64,000 nt of DNA from Octopus sinensis. Lineage: Eukaryota. This document shows, piece after piece, positions 12,121-26,824 of this stretch. Each line of letters opens with the position of its first letter. The stretch's first letter is position 1. Location of the stretch: NCBI RefSeq assembly GCF_006345805.1, contig NC_043001.1, forward strand, positions 55,428,001 to 55,492,000, written 5' to 3'. Below the pieces are notes generated by a model. The model saw only the letters and a program-made list of their open reading frames with translations. It had not been told where the DNA came from and ran no database searches. Made by a program: the position numbers and the translations under genes.

Positions 12121-15002
12121 TGTCATCACACTGATCCTGCTTGGGCAATGGTGACGTTATGTTTCCATCCCCCATAAACAATATGTCCTGTAATATTGTC
12201 AATTTCGGCATGTGAACATCCATGGAATAGAACTACCTTACTTACGAAACAAATAATGGTTGGTGACAGAAAAACATCAAGCTGTTGAATACTGCCTCAA
12301 TAAATCTCACCTATGCTAGTAGACATGATGATGATGATGATGATGATAGTCTAGCTGTACCTATAACTTTTGCAGGCCCTCAGACAATGATGAGCTTGAT
12401 GTGACTAATGTTGAGACTGAACATTTGTAGAGAAAAAAATACATGAAGTCAGAAAGAAGTCAGGGACTGGTGTGGTCAAAATGCTTACAACAGAAATAAC
12501 CTTGCAAAAGGTACCCAGCAATGTACTTGTTTAAACATCTGGACCACCATCACAGAAAATAAATAAGTCTTCCAAATAATTGTAATGATTACTGAACAAA
12601 AAGTGACAAAGCACATTGAGAAATACGTCTACACACATTATTACAAAGCAACAATTTCTTTTAGATATTGGTGACTATAATAGTTTGTTGTACAGAATAC
12701 ATTCAACTACTGTCTGCATATATAAAGATGTAGGTAAAGAAATATATTTACAAGCAACACAATTTCTTTCAGATACTGAAAGCTATAATTGATATTTGAC
12801 AATGACCATCAAGAAAAAAAATTCGTGTAGTGTTATTTACTAACATCCTTAGCTGATAATAGATAAAAAAGAAATTTCTTGATATGACATAGAATATAAA
12901 TGGAGTGCATTTCGTGCATAACCATATTTGTTTTAAATATTTCCAGCATAATTTCCATCAAGAGATTTCATTTAAAATCCTATGCTTATATTTTGATACA
13001 TATTCATTCTTGTTAGTTATTAAAATTCACGTATAGTTGTCAGTAGATCTTTTGTCATACATCTGTGATCTGCACATTGAGTTCAATATATGAGTCCTTA
13101 ATATTGTTTTCGCTGTAGTTTAATATTTTAGTGCATTTTTTATAATTTTCAGAGATAACTATACCAAACTATAAAAATATTTTAATCACATTATAAAATA
13201 TAATAAGAGAGGAAATGCACAAATGCGTTATCCTTGCTGCAACATTATAATGTGCGTGTGCAGAAGGATTTTGAATGGAATACATTAAGTGGTGGGTTTC
13301 AGCTTGTACCTCATAATACTAATTACTATGATACATTGTTTAAATAATGAATTAGCAAACCATTAAGCTTATTTGCTTTATTTATAACATTTCCCCTTGA
13401 CCACACAATGCAGCATTCTACCTATGTGGTAGTAAAAGACAGACAACACTGGTTTATAGAACTGGGTGTATTAAACCTTTTGATTACTAATGAAAATCTA
13501 ATTAGGAAGTATCAATAATTAATGGGTCTTCAAGTAGATGAGCAGAGGAAGCAATAAATTACTTTAAAAGACATAGAGGGATATAAGTGATACACATATA
13601 GATGCATGCTCAGGCACACACCGTCACGTAATCAAGAGCAAATGTAGTGTAAGGCTAATAGATAATGGTTGCTAGAAAGGGAGCAGTTAATAGGGAGTAG
13701 AGCTAAAAAGGAGACCTTGCAAATCTTAGATTGAGTTTGATTGAAGGATGTACCATATCAAAGATATTAAAGGGGACAATGTGTGTAGGAGGGAAGGAGT
13801 GGGAGATTAATATGTATACAAAAATGTATACATATACAAATAAATATTTATCTCCATTTAAATGTGGGTTTTCAATTAGAACAAACTATACTTCAGTAGT
13901 TACCATAAGAGAAACTCTCATATTGACTTGTAGTGCAAAACTTATTTATACTTCTTGTGGGGAGATAAATCCCTACCATCTCCAGCACTGATACCACCAG
14001 ATCATGTGATTTCGACCTTCCTTGCTCTTGTCAATGATGGACATTCAACCACTAGAGATAGCAGCAATTCATCTTCCTGCCAGCGTTATATAAAATAATA
14101 TTGCCAGAATAGGTACTGGCATATGTATTTTTTTATAAATAATTATGTACAAACTTACATAGGTATATGTATATAGAAGCACATATAAACATACAAATTA
14201 GAATAGTCATTACAGAGTTGGACAAAATGTATTTCAGTATTCATTCCAGAGCTTAAATCTTACTCAAGTCAAATTTGAATTTGGGGTTAATAAAATACTA
14301 TTCCAGTACTGGAGTCAACTCTTATTCATCATTCACTTCACTCTTCTCCATGGAAGAAATCAGGTGTGGTCTGTAGCTTGAGCAAGTGTCTTCTATAGTC
14401 ATGGGGTAACCTAAACACATAAATGTATGAAAGCCTAATAGATAGACTGTACTGGCCCCCACCTAGACCAAGGCAGTGCTTTAGTATGAATTCAGTCGGT
14501 TGAAAGCATTCTGAGTAGGACTTTAGAGTGACAATAACTCCCTCATTCTCCACACATCTCAAAAGAACCGTCATTGGGACAAAGCTTCTTCTGAGGTTGA
14601 AGCAAACAAATACAAAGACACAACTGGTTCAAGCCCTCCGTGTAGAACAATGAGTGTATCTTCTACTGCAATACTGCAATTTAGGTTTGAACAATGCCTT
14701 GTGAGTGCAATTTGGATGACAGAAACTATGTAGCAGCCTCTCTCTCTCTCTCTTTCTCCCCCCTCTCTCTCTCTCATACACACACACACATTTACATGCT
14801 AGAGAATTCAGCTGGGAAGTAGACTAGATTTGTGGAATTCTTGACTGGCCGAGGTAGCTGTCTTAACTATTGGGCTCTCATAGTATGCTGCTATTTTCTT
14901 TACTTTTATTATTTTTAACAACTCAATCAGTGAAACACTCACTGTTTTTGCAATTGTCCTTGTGATATTTGCCTAACCCTTTGCTCTAATAGCAAATAAA
15001 AG

Positions 15003-15195
15003 AAGGGCTGGCAGAATCATTAACATGTCAAGAAAATGCTTATCACCAGTTCTGAGTTCAAATTCTGCCAAGGTCAACTTTGCCTTTCATCCTTTTGGGG
15101 TCAATGAAATAAGTAACTGTTGAGCACTCGGGTTAATGTAATCAACTAAGCCCACCCACTCTAAAATTGCTGGCCTTGTGCCAAAATTTGAAACC
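15003..15195 (+). mobile_element. tRNA-derived SINE family B
   Basis: gctggcagaatcattaac...gagttcaaattctgccaaggtcaactttgcctttcatccttttggggtc...ggccttgtgccaaaatttgaaacc. Confidence 0.7.
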
Positions 15196-15692
15196 ATTAT
15201 TATTGTTGTTGTTGTGACAGGTGATGGAAGATAAGAGGAAAGACATTGAGAAAGAGGAGAATGTTAAGTGAAAACCTCAGGTCTGGAGAGTGACATATGA
15301 GTGAGAAAACAAGCAAGGGTAAATAGGGGGAAGAAAGCCATTGAAATGCAGGGATGGGGATAATGAAGACTTCTTTCCCCTTAATACTAATGGTATACTT
15401 TTTCTTTCTTGGATACCTTTTGATGGTTTCTGGTTTAAGGTATTCATTTACTACTGCTACAACAACTACAATTGCTGCTGCTGCTGTTGCTGCTATTACT
15501 AATACAATGAGGACAACTTCTAATATAACTGTCACCACTACTTATGCTGTTATTACTAATCCCTCACAACTGTCATTATAACTATTACTACTTTTATTGC
15601 AACCAACTATAACACTGCCACTATCACTAAAATTAGCTGCTGCTGCTGCTACTGCCACTACTACTACTACAATCATCATAGTTGCTATAACC

Positions 15693-15704
15693 ATAATAAT
15701 AATG

Positions 15705-15749
<45 letters not shown>

Positions 15750-15775
15750 TAATAATAACGATAATAATATTAATG

Positions 15776-15825
<50 letters not shown>

Positions 15826-15836
15826 TATTATTATTA

Positions 15837-15885
<49 letters not shown>

Positions 15886-15904
15886 CATCATCGTTATCAT
15901 TATT
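15693..15904. repeat. (AAT)n directly followed by (ATT)n
   Basis: About 130 nt of AAT-type triplets switch at about 15824 to about 80 nt of ATT-type triplets. Confidence 0.9.
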
Positions 15905-16484
15905 AAATACTGTCTCTAAAAAAATAATTCTAAACATCAAAATTTAGCAGGAAAATGATAATCAGCTTAATAAAACATTAAAAAAAACAAAAAATGCAAA
16001 AAAAAACAAACAAAAGCAAGTTATATTGCAGCAATAACAACAATGGCAGTCTGTAGGATTTTGGCCAAAAGTTAATGAGTTACCTCATTAATTTGACTGA
16101 AATTTAATGAAGTGATGCAATGATGGTTAGATTAAGTGATAACTATTGTATTTTTATGTTCAGTTGTTGTTAATTTGATAGTTGAAACCAATTTTAGATG
16201 AAAAAGGGCACATCTAGTCAGAAGACAACATGGCTAAAATCAGTGCAGAAGATAAACACACTTTATCTATTATATCACATTTTTGGAAATTCTTTTATTC
16301 AATTTGCTAATTTCAGTCATTACAGTGTGGCAATGTTGGAATCTATATTAAAGGTTTTACACTCTATTATATTGACATCTCTATTTAGTTTGGTGCTAAT
16401 CTCTGTTTATCAAATGGCTGAGTTCATCTAATGTTACTTCTCTTAACCATTCAGCATTTACACTATTTTGTCAAAAGTAAGGTG

Positions 16485-16697
16485 TAGAGCTCACAGAATC
16501 GTTACCACACAGGGCTCAGCAAAATGCTGCAATATTTCATCTGTCTCCACGTTTTGAGTTCAAATTCTGCCAAGGATAGCTTTGCCTTTCATCCTTTCAG
16601 AGTCAATAAAATAAGTACCAGTTGAGTACTGGGGCTGCTATAACTGACTTAGCCCCTCCTCCAAATCTGCTGGCCTTGGGCCAAAAGTTGAAACCAA
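16485..16697 (+). mobile_element. SINE family B
   Basis: gagttcaaattctgccaagg...tttgcctttcatcctttcagagtcaataaaataagtaccagttgagtactgggg. Confidence 0.68.
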
Positions 16698-17139
16698 TAT
16701 TTTGTCAAAAGTAATGCTTTTTTATTCATATAATTTTGAATTAATTCTGCATTATCTTGCAGCTATAAGATTTTGATAAGGTAATTTAATTTTTTTACAA
16801 TGATATTGTAGGATTGGTGTGATAAGCTAGATTTGGCCAGTTTGAACATAAACCAGTTATGGCTGGTTTAAATGCTAAAGAGTCAAAGGAGTTAGTTCTT
16901 GGTAAATTTAATGCTTTATAAGCACATGCACTACACAAATCTATAAATTTTGATCAACTAAACTTACTCAAGTTACCATCTATGGTTTCTGTTTTTAAAC
17001 TTTAAATACCCTGGAGATAGTTTCTGTTTCTCAACTCACTATATTATATCTATGACACCCTATTGTATTTATATAAATGCACTTTTGGAATTACAAACAA
17101 TAACATGGGCATACTTTCAAGCTTCAAATTATATGTATG

Positions 17140-17189
<50 letters not shown>

Positions 17190-17604
17190 TGGGGACAGCT
17201 GCAGCAGTTGTGGTAAGAACTTTGCTTCCCAACCATATGGTTCCAGGTTCAGTCCCACTGCATGACTCATTGCGCAAGCGTCTTCTACTACAGCCTCAGG
17301 CTGACCAAAGCCTTGAGTGGATGTAGTAGATGGAAACTAACAGAAATTGGTCATATATATGTATATGTGTATGTGTGTGTGTGTGCGTGCATGTCTGTGA
17401 GTCTGTGTTGGTCTCCCAAACACTGCATGACAACCAGTGTTGGTGTTTTTACATCCTTATAACCTAACAGTTGAGCTAAGAGGGTGAATGAATAAGTACC
17501 TGGCTGAAAAAAAAAATAGGTACTGGGGTTGATTAGTTCAACTAAAATTCCTCAATGCAATGCCCCAGCACGGCTGCAGCCTAATGAATAAAACAGGTAA
17601 AAGA
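17190..17604 (+). mobile_element. SINE family A, complete
   Basis: Head gttgtggtaagaactttgcttcccaaccatatggttccaggttcagtccc, core, internal microsatellite and tail to aaacaggtaaaag. Confidence 0.72.
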
Positions 17605-17679
17605 TAAATAAATAAATATATATATATACACTACCTTTGGATATCCTTGTTGCTTATTTTGATTATATATATATATATA

Positions 17680-18082
17680 TACAGGGTGCAATGGGTAAAT
17701 TGTCACCATTTTATATTTTTAATTTTGCACATGTGCATTGTTTGTTTTTGTCAACTACACAGTAGGGTCAGCTGGGCACTGACTATAAGAAAAACACCAG
17801 CATGACGCAATTCACTCTGCCAGAAACAATATGCTGTACTGCTTAGCATTTGGACTGGAAGTTCCAAAACGAACATTTCAGTGTGTTTGAGAATCAATCT
17901 GAGGACAGTGCAATCCAAAGACATGTACCAAGGGTGATAAAAATCAAACATCCAGTCAACATCATGATGTTTGGAGTGATCACGATGTTATGCCTCCATT
18001 CATTTTCCCACATGGTCTCAGGCTCAACATGGAAGCCTACATGCAATATACTGTAAAGAACAGTTACCCATGGTGCCATGCA
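17680..18082 (+). mobile_element. Internally deleted Tc1/mariner element (maT/DD37D-like)
   Basis: Begins TA|CAGGGTGCAATGGGTAAATTGTC after a (TA)n tract. Relic reads IKHPVNIMMFGVIT, then after a frameshift DVMPPFIFPHGLRLNMEAY. A possible degenerate right TIR at 18058-18082 matches 17/25. Confidence 0.68.
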
Positions 18083-18614
18083 TTTCAATTAAACCCAGAA
18101 CTACAAGGATGCATAAAGAACTTGCCAACCACACTTGTATGTCTGAATCTAATAATTTGAAGGGAACTCAGGAATAAATCTGTCACAGGTCGAAAGAAGA
18201 ATGATGAGTTGTCAGCATGATACTTTACATTATTGGTAAAGCAAAGGCATATATAAGTAAAACCCATGATGACAATAATAATGATAGTGTTATTGTTGTT
18301 GTGTAGTCCCTGGTCATCCATGATCAAGTAAACCCATGATTAGAGAAATAATAATAATACTAATGATAATAATAATAACGATGATGATGATAATAATAAT
18401 GGAGCATCTTGTCTCTTTAGTCCTATATTGTCCAGTTTTTTCCTAAAAGCCTTTCATCCTTTGTGAATCAATAAAATAAAACATGAAACCGTCCAACCCA
18501 TGTCTATTTAGAAGCCATACAGTAAATGATGACTGTGATTGTCCATTGTAATCTAAAATGCTGTATGTCTGAAATAAGCAGGTAAAGGTGGGTGACAAGA
18601 AGAGTGACAATGTG

Positions 18615-18815
18615 GCAAGTTGGCAGAAACGCTAGCACACCGGGCGAATTGCTTAGTGGTATTTTGTCTGCCATTATGTTCTGAGTTCAAATTCCTTTGC
18701 CTTTCATCCTTTCGGGGTCGATTAAATAAGTACCAGTTATGCACTGGGGTCGATATAATCGACTTAATCCATTTGTCTGTCCTTGTTTGTCCCCTCTGTG
18801 GCAGTAAAGAAATAA
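18615..18815 (+). mobile_element. SINE family B, apparently nested in an RTE-like tail
   Basis: Typical family B body. The flanks ggtgggtgacaagaag (left) and gacccatgcaagcatagagaagtggatattaaatgatga (right) look like two halves of one (GAT)n-tailed element. Confidence 0.65.
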
Positions 18816-20209
18816 TAAGTGGCCAGACAGAAGATCTGCTTCAATAAAATCTTTCCGACCCATGCAAGCATAGAGAAGTGGATATTAAATGATGATAATG
18901 ATAAGGATCCCAGCTGGAATATTCTTTATTCATGTCAGCTCAATTATGAACTATCTTTTGGGTAAAACAATAACCACCACACGTCTACTTACCAAAAGCA
19001 AAGATTTTTTCTTAGAAGCAAATATTTCAACCATCAATGCATCTGACTGATTCCACAATATTCCATATTAAGAAGGTCTGAAGTTGCCATACCTCCTTAG
19101 TTTTCAGACCCCACAACATTCTCTGATTAATTCATTTTAAATAATTAGAATTTTTGGGTTGCTTTCTATCCCCTTTTGTCAAAAATTAGTAATTTAGAAA
19201 ATGGTTCTTATCAGTAAGCATATAATTTTCCTTATTAAAATTTCTTGAGTTTCATCAAGTATACAAGCACCTTCCATACCTAACATGTTTCAGTTATCAG
19301 TTTTCATAGAAGATATTATCAACTATGATGAATACAGGCTATACTGCTATGCCCATGACTCCATGCTGTTTGCATTTTAACAAGTGATGACGACCAAGTG
19401 ACAAGCCACTTAAATAGAATTTGATGTCTGGTGGATGTCTGGAAGATGGCATTTGAAATTATGGAAGTGCAAAGCAATGCCTTTATCAAACCTTGCTTTG
19501 CATTTAGCAAATTCCAAACTGCATATGAAAAATAAAGACCAGATAGAGATCCTAGGAGTAAGTAAAAAAACAAATAGGCCGGAACATGCAAAACATATTG
19601 CTCCCCTATCTAATAGAGCAACAGAAAGGATTAGTGCATTAAGTAAAATCAAAGTAATGAGCAAGATGGATTTGGAAGGAAGATATTGATGGAAAGTGGT
19701 GGTGGTGGTGATTCTGGATGTGACTGAGCTGATTTGTAATGAAAGATAATCAAACCATGACTTTTTATCTTCACTTATGATGCAGTGAACCCAGGGATAC
19801 ATTGTTCTCTTTGTAATATATGATTTGAGCTGCTGTTTCTAGCAGGTTGAGTGGCTACATAAAGGCTCAAATTGGTTGTTAATATTGATAGATGGTGATG
19901 ATGGCGATGATAGTGCTAGTTAATGGTGGTGGTGGTGGAAAGGTTAGTGAAGCCTGGAATTCAATTAATACTTGACTTGAGGAAATCTATCATTGATTAT
20001 TTTTCAGAACCAATAATTAAAACAGTATCTTATATGTATGTAGGGCAAATGTATATAGAATTGTATACATGTTAAGATGTATGTGTGAATGATGATTGCA
20101 TATATGTGTAAAAGTGTGTGATATGCATGTGTTTGTGTGTGTGTGTGATCTTTTTACAAGGAAAGGGTTGAATGTATTGAGGTGTACATATGTATATGTG
20201 CCCTGATAA

Positions 20210-20250
<41 letters not shown>

Positions 20251-21027
20251 TGCACAATGCATGCGTGTGCGTAACTTTCTCAACACAATATAAGAACAAC
20301 AATCTGTGTGAAGGAATGAAGCAATAACAGAGGTTTTTATTCTCCCTCACCGATGCACGCACACCTAATCATCATTGTGGTTTATTGTCAGTCAATGTAG
20401 AAAAGATAGGGTGTAGCGGAGGGGGGCAGAGTGCAACAGAGCTTCTGGCTGACTCTGATTGAAACCTTGTAATTTCTACAAGAAGTATGGTAAAGTGGTG
20501 TGAAGAATCTGCCACAAACTAATAAGGAAATACTCTCTTATACAATGTTTCACTCTATAGCCTTGTTATCTTCATCTTTGATTGTTATCTCTCCTAGTTT
20601 TCCGTTTCTTTCTTTCCATCCTACCATTTCAATCTGTTGCATGGTGCATGCTTCTACAGTAAATCTCAACATCTACACTACGAAAATGATCTGAAGATTT
20701 CTCAAGTCATTTTCTTTTATTAAAAGAGGGTTTTATAATTCATGAAATGTTCCCTACTCCCTTCTCCTACACCATGTGTCACACTTTTGTTGTTGTTGTT
20801 CAACCACTGCTCAGCTCATATTAAAAAAAAACATGATCAAATGATCAAAGGTACTCCACTCATGATCAGTCTGTTCTTTCACATAATATCTGTCTATCTA
20901 TAAATAGATAGATAGATAGATTATAATATAAATTATCAGTTACATTCATTGCCAAATATGGTGATTTGAGAGAGGTATAACTACTATTTTTTGTAGGTCA
21001 AGCAACAACTAAGTGGTACTATTGTTG

Positions 21028-21247
21028 AAGGCGGCGAGCTGGCAGAAACGTTAGCACGCCGGGTGAAATGCTTAGCGGTATTTCGTCTGCTACTACGTTC
21101 TGAGTTCAAATTCTGCCGAGGTCGACTTTGCCTTTCATCCTTTCGGGGTTGATTAATAAGTACCAGTTACGCACTGGGGTCGATATAATCGACTTAATAT
21201 GTTTGTCCTCTCTGTGTTTAGCCCCTTGTGGGTAGTAACGAAATAGG
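21028..21247 (+). mobile_element. SINE family B, best-preserved copy
   Basis: aaggcggcgagctggcagaaacgttagcacgccggg...gagttcaaattctgccgaggtcgactttgcctttcatcctttcggggttgattaataagtaccagttacgcactggggtcgat; CpGs retained. Confidence 0.8.
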
Positions 21248-21781
21248 TGCTATTGTTGGTCTGAGCACAAGAGTGTTCAATAGCTTTATCAGATGCAACG
21301 TATCTAGGACTTTGCAATGTGTCATTCCTTTTTGTTAAAATAGTAGCATGTGATCTGGGAGGAAATCTGGTTACTATTTCTAGAAAGTGAAGCAACCATG
21401 AAGAGATACTGCAATTGGCTTAATTTTATTGACTTGGCACAGAAAATCAACTTTGGTTGGACATAAACTAAAAATGTACAAAGACAAAACTATGTGCTGT
21501 AAACATATTTACTCTAATGTGCTACCATTTTGCCAATACATAATTTCTGCAAACTTGTTTGATACAAGCCATCAAAAGATGGCCTATACCTGGTTGTTTT
21601 ACTTGCTAGAAATGTCAGCCAAATATTTTTCATATCATATTCTAGAGTTTTGTAAAAAAAAAAGTATATTAAATAATGTTCTGGATGAAAAAAAAAAAAG
21701 AGTGATTGAAGTTAAAATGTCCCTAACCATAGGGCTGACTGGGGTAAAATAACAATAACTTGCTTAATATTACCAATTACT

Positions 21782-21996
21782 AAGGCGGTGAGCTGGTAGA
21801 AATGTTAGCACACCAGGTGAAGAAATGCTTGGCAATATTTCTTCTGTCTCTAAAGAATCAATTAATGCTGAGGTCGACTTTGCCCTTTGTCCTTTCGGGG
21901 TTGATAAATTAAGTAGCAGTTCCATACTGGGGTCAATCTAAGTGACTGACCCTCACACCCCTCTCCGAAAATTTCAGCCCTTGTGCCTAGAGTAGA
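21782..21996 (+). mobile_element. SINE family B
   Basis: aaggcggtgagctggtagaaatgttagcacacc...gaggtcgactttgccc...cagcccttgtgcctagagtagaaa. Confidence 0.7.
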
Positions 21997-22467
21997 AATT
22001 TATTTAGTAGTATTTATTAATTTATAAATTTTTTTATTTATTCATTGACTCTAAAAGGATGAAAAGTAGAGTCAACCTTGTTGGGATTTGAACTCAGAAT
22101 GTAAAGGAATATGACTAAACACTGAAGGAACTCTACTGAAGGAACACTGAAGGAACGTCTATTACTGATAAAAATGATATTAGCTCTCCATTAATATAAT
22201 TTTTCCTTTTCCATATCCTTGAATATACTTATAGTCTTTTTATGTTTTAATCATAAAATATACTTTCTCATATATAACTATCTAACTATCTTGTTATCGT
22301 GTGGATGGCCTCCTATACTAATTCAGTTTGTCAGTACTTCAAGTAGTTTGATTAGCAAACTCTATCCACAAATGCATACACACTTGAATACACACCACTG
22401 ACCATATAGTCACATTTAACTTCAAAGTAAACAGATCAGTCACCTCTGTCCATTTGCACATAAATGT

Positions 22468-22509
<42 letters not shown>

Positions 22510-23049
22510 CAACAACTGGCCACATTCTCCTCTTCAACTTTAAAGGGCAGTACTAATAAACCGTTGCAGCTCTATCATCCTCATATTCAAATAAAGAGTC
22601 AGCTGTTTTTCTCCAGCAATAAGTTCTACAAGGCTAAATATTAGAAATGCTTACATAAAAAAAAAAAAGTAAATTCAATAAAAATTTTTAAGCTTGCACA
22701 CTTTCTTTGAAAACTCTCAGATTGCAGGTCATTAATTGATTCTTTAAAAGGATTACCATTCATGACTGTGGCCAGGTTCAGTACTGTGTACAGGGTTAAA
22801 AGTAAATTGATTTTCTTTCATAAGACACACCAACACAAAATTGAAAGAGAGAGGAACGGATAAGACTGAAATGTTCATGCTTTTCTGTAGAGCAGTGACT
22901 TCTAATTCTTACTTAATTGTGGCTCACTTTAGAGCAATTAAGAATATTTTAGAACGTTTTGTGCACAAAGTCAAAATATGTATTTAAATGGACGAAAATA
23001 TGTGTGTGTGTGTGTGTGTGTGTATTTATTAAATAAAGTATAGTTCTTT

Positions 23050-23270
23050 TATATTTTACTAGTTTCAGTCATTAGATTGTGGCCATGCTGGGGCACTGCC
23101 TCAAATAATTTTTTATCAAATGAATCAACCCTAGTACATATTTTTAAAAACTTGGTACTTATTCTAATTCTGTCGCATTCTTTTGCTGAACTGCCAGGTT
23201 ATGGGTATGTAAATGCACCAACACTGCTGTTATGTGGTGGTGGTGGTGGCAGACAAACAAAGACACACAT
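23050..23270 (-). mobile_element. SINE family A tail
   Basis: ttttactagtttcagtcattagattgtggccatgctggggcactgcc...tatgtaaatgcaccaacact. Confidence 0.62.
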
Positions 23271-23829
23271 AGTTATCAAAATTTTATATATAGAATTTCT
23301 ATTTCTAATTTCTTTGTACTTAAAAAAAAATATATAATTTCACTGTTTTTGCAGCATACCAGTCTGTAGTGAAGCAGTATTTGAGAATAACAATTCTAGA
23401 GTGATGGAAGAATCATAGGTAAAACTACATGGAATCAACTGAGAACTGAAACAAAACTACATCACAGATATTGAGCTTGTAAGAGAACAAGTAAATTTAA
23501 AAGATAATTACTATAGAAATGTTAGCCACCTTTGAAAATATATTTCATTGTAGAAGCCTTAGAATCTTGTGGCACATTGATGCAACCAAAGAACATTTTT
23601 CTTATCTTTAGAGAATCTTATTTATGCAGAAGTCACATCATGGATTCATTAGTCTTGAACTTATCTTGTTTTTTCCTGTTTATAGAGAAATGGTTTTGAA
23701 TTAAAGAATGTTCCTTTCTTTAGGATAAAATCGTCATGTGATGCACTGAGACTGTAAGATGCTTATTTAACCTTTTTCCTCTCCTTTAATATCTTTTCTG
23801 CAAGCTCTATTCTCAAGTAGAGTTTTTGA

Positions 23830-23925
23830 TTTCTTAAAACACTTGATGTGCCAGAGGACATTTGATCTCTCTTAAAACACTTGAAATCTCTTAAAACACT
23901 TGGTCTCTCTTAAAACACTTGATGT
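23830..23925. repeat. 19-bp minisatellite
   Basis: tcttaaaacacttg at 23832, 23870, 23889 and 23908 (spacing 38, 19, 19). Confidence 0.85.
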
Positions 23926-25532
23926 CCTTAAAAAGAAAAGCCTGAGGCTACAAAGAATTTCTTCTCAGAATAGCTTCAGGGGTGAGATTGGGAAAGTATT
24001 TAGAATCTACAAGAGTTTTCTTTCACTTCTAAATAGTGAAAGACATTTTTATGTGGTAAAAACTTTTACATCGCAAGCCATTATATCTTATCACTGTCTC
24101 CAAATTCAATTTTCACCATAAGAAGATCCATTTTTTAAAAGTGAAATCAAATTAGATAAACACTAGTATTACTACTATTACAACCACTACCACCACACTA
24201 CAGTTACAACTACAATACTACAAATAGTACTGCTTTTATGGTAAAATTTTTGGGAAAAAATATTTTAGTTAACATTATTGTTTGCCTTTGTAAAGCAGAA
24301 AAGCTAAATCTACTTGGTAAATACTTAGAAACTTGCAGTTTGATTTCTAAAATGCTTTCTTGTATCTCAAATATTTACAAACTCAGTTTCATTTAATATT
24401 ACCTGTTAACATTGGATGATTATTATAGTTGCACATAGGCATTTCAATATATAAATTTCATCCAGTTAAATGACAAACCTTTATAAGTGCACATTGAATT
24501 CTGAAGTACTTACAAATTTAACGATATAAACTTTGGTGTCTATTTAATATTAATATTTGTTTTTATGTTCAGTTACAATAAAAATAATTTTACATTAATC
24601 TCATGGGTTACTCTGAACTTTTGTAACGTACAAATTTATTCTTATACAAGAATATTGTTGATAGTGACTCTGAAGTTTCTAATGATGGCTCAGCTGGTCA
24701 AAACATTGAAGCCACTCTCAACAACATTCTTATATAAAAATAATAAATGTCTATTTAATAGCTCATTGAGTACTTTATTGACATTTTGTAAACATATATA
24801 ACAGCAGTAAATTTTCTGAGTAGTTAGGATATGGGCCAGAAAGTCATATAGTTATTCCAGCTCTCTGAGCTGAAATCCTGTGGAAGCCAGTTTTGAATTT
24901 TATTCTTTCAAGACCAATATATGAAGTACCAGTCCATGGTTGTGGCTTGTCAGGATTGCAATGATAATTCGTTTTTTCTTTTTATTATGGCCGGGTTCCA
25001 ACCCAGTCTGAATGGTGAACAAGATGCATTTGGTATCTGTTCTGCTCTGCATTCTGAGTGTAAATTCTGTCTCCCAACACCAATCTACTCAAGGCAGGAA
25101 GACAGGGCCTTCAGGAGTCAGTGAATGGTGATATGCCTCTGAAGTCAGACAGTGCACCACACTGATTAGAAGTTACCACAACAATGGACTACGTCAGCGT
25201 AACTATGAGTAGATCCTGCAAAAAGTGAGACAGATGATGCTAGGGCAGGAAAAATAAAACAGAGAGCATCACAATCTAATACAAATCATACACAAAGACT
25301 AATTTAATCCTTTGAATACGACTACAATGTTGAAACCCTCTGCCAGTTCAAGAAATCATCATCTATATAATTGATTATCAAAGGATGAAGGTGGAGAATT
25401 GATTTATTTATCTATTTCTATATTAAATACATTTGAAAGTACATTAACCTGAATCCCTTTCTCTTTGCATTCACACCTTCCAAATTAGCCTTTCACCAAT
25501 TACAGAGTTACTATCTCTATATAATAATAGCT

Positions 25533-25570
<38 letters not shown>

Positions 25571-26304
25571 TATATCAACATTGATTGGCTGATTGATTAC
25601 TCCAGCCATACTTTTACAGAGAGAGGAAGAGAAAGAGTAAAGGATTGAGAGAGAGTTAACATAAGAGGTGCAGGTTGAGAGCTTGGTGAGAGGTAATGAG
25701 TAAAAGAACATTACATACAGGGAGAGTGGAAAAAGAAATCATAAAGATGGTGGAGAAGGAGAAACTGACAGAATAGTTATGGAAGATAAATACTTATATG
25801 CAAGTGTGAAATGAAAGATATGAGTTGGTGTGACAGACTAACAATTTACAAAAAAAATCTAAATAGGACACATTATTGAGAAAAATACATTTTCACTTTA
25901 TTTCATAGTTTATAATCAAAAAGTAAAAAAAAAAAAAATTGAAAGGAATTACTAGCTATAATGATTTTATATACACACAAATACCATCTCTCTCTTTCTG
26001 TGTATTTATGTGTATATGTATGTGTGTGTGTGTGTGTATATATATATGTGTATATATGTGTGTGTATATATATATATATATACATGCATACACACACACA
26101 CATGCAAGAGCATAACTACAGTTTGGAGCCCCATCGCCTAACTATCTGAAAAATACGTTTTTTAAATGAAATTATACGGAGAGGTTTTTGATGGTGTAGA
26201 TTGTAATTATCTTAATAACATTTTCAACCACTCCTTCCACCATTCTAGAATTTGTTACCCCCAATTTCTTTAACTTGAGCATTTTTCAATTTTCTCTCAG
26301 ATTT

Positions 26305-26690
26305 ATATGCTTGAAACGTGACTGTGTGATAAGAAGCTTGTTTCCAAACCACATGGTTCTGGGTTCAGTCCTCCAGCATGACACCTTGAGCAAGTCTTCT
26401 ACTATAGCCTTGGGATGACCAAAGCCTTATGAGTGGATTTGGTTGACAGAAACTGAAAGAAACCCATTGTATTAGTATGTGTGTATGTGTGTGTTTGTCC
26501 CTCACCACTGCTTGACAACTGGTGTCAGTGTGTTTATATCCCTGCAACTCAATGGTTCAGCAAAAGAGACCAATAGAAAAAGTGGCTGGTAAATAAGTAC
26601 TGAGGTCAATTCATTTGACTAAAAATTCTTGAATGTGGTGCCCCAACATGGCCACAGTCTAATGACTGAAACTAGCAAAAGGTAAAAGAT
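26305..26690 (+). mobile_element. SINE family A, complete
   Basis: Head, core and tail collinear with 28061-28461. Confidence 0.72.
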
Positions 26691-26824
26691 TACATAATCT
26701 ACATTCTCAAAATGTATTCCTGGAAAATGTCATTTAAAATATATTAGAATTGTAAAGAAAAGAAACCAAGGAGAGGAGAATGGTCTCAAACTCCTTACCC
26801 ACCAAAATAAAAAATGCCATTTTA

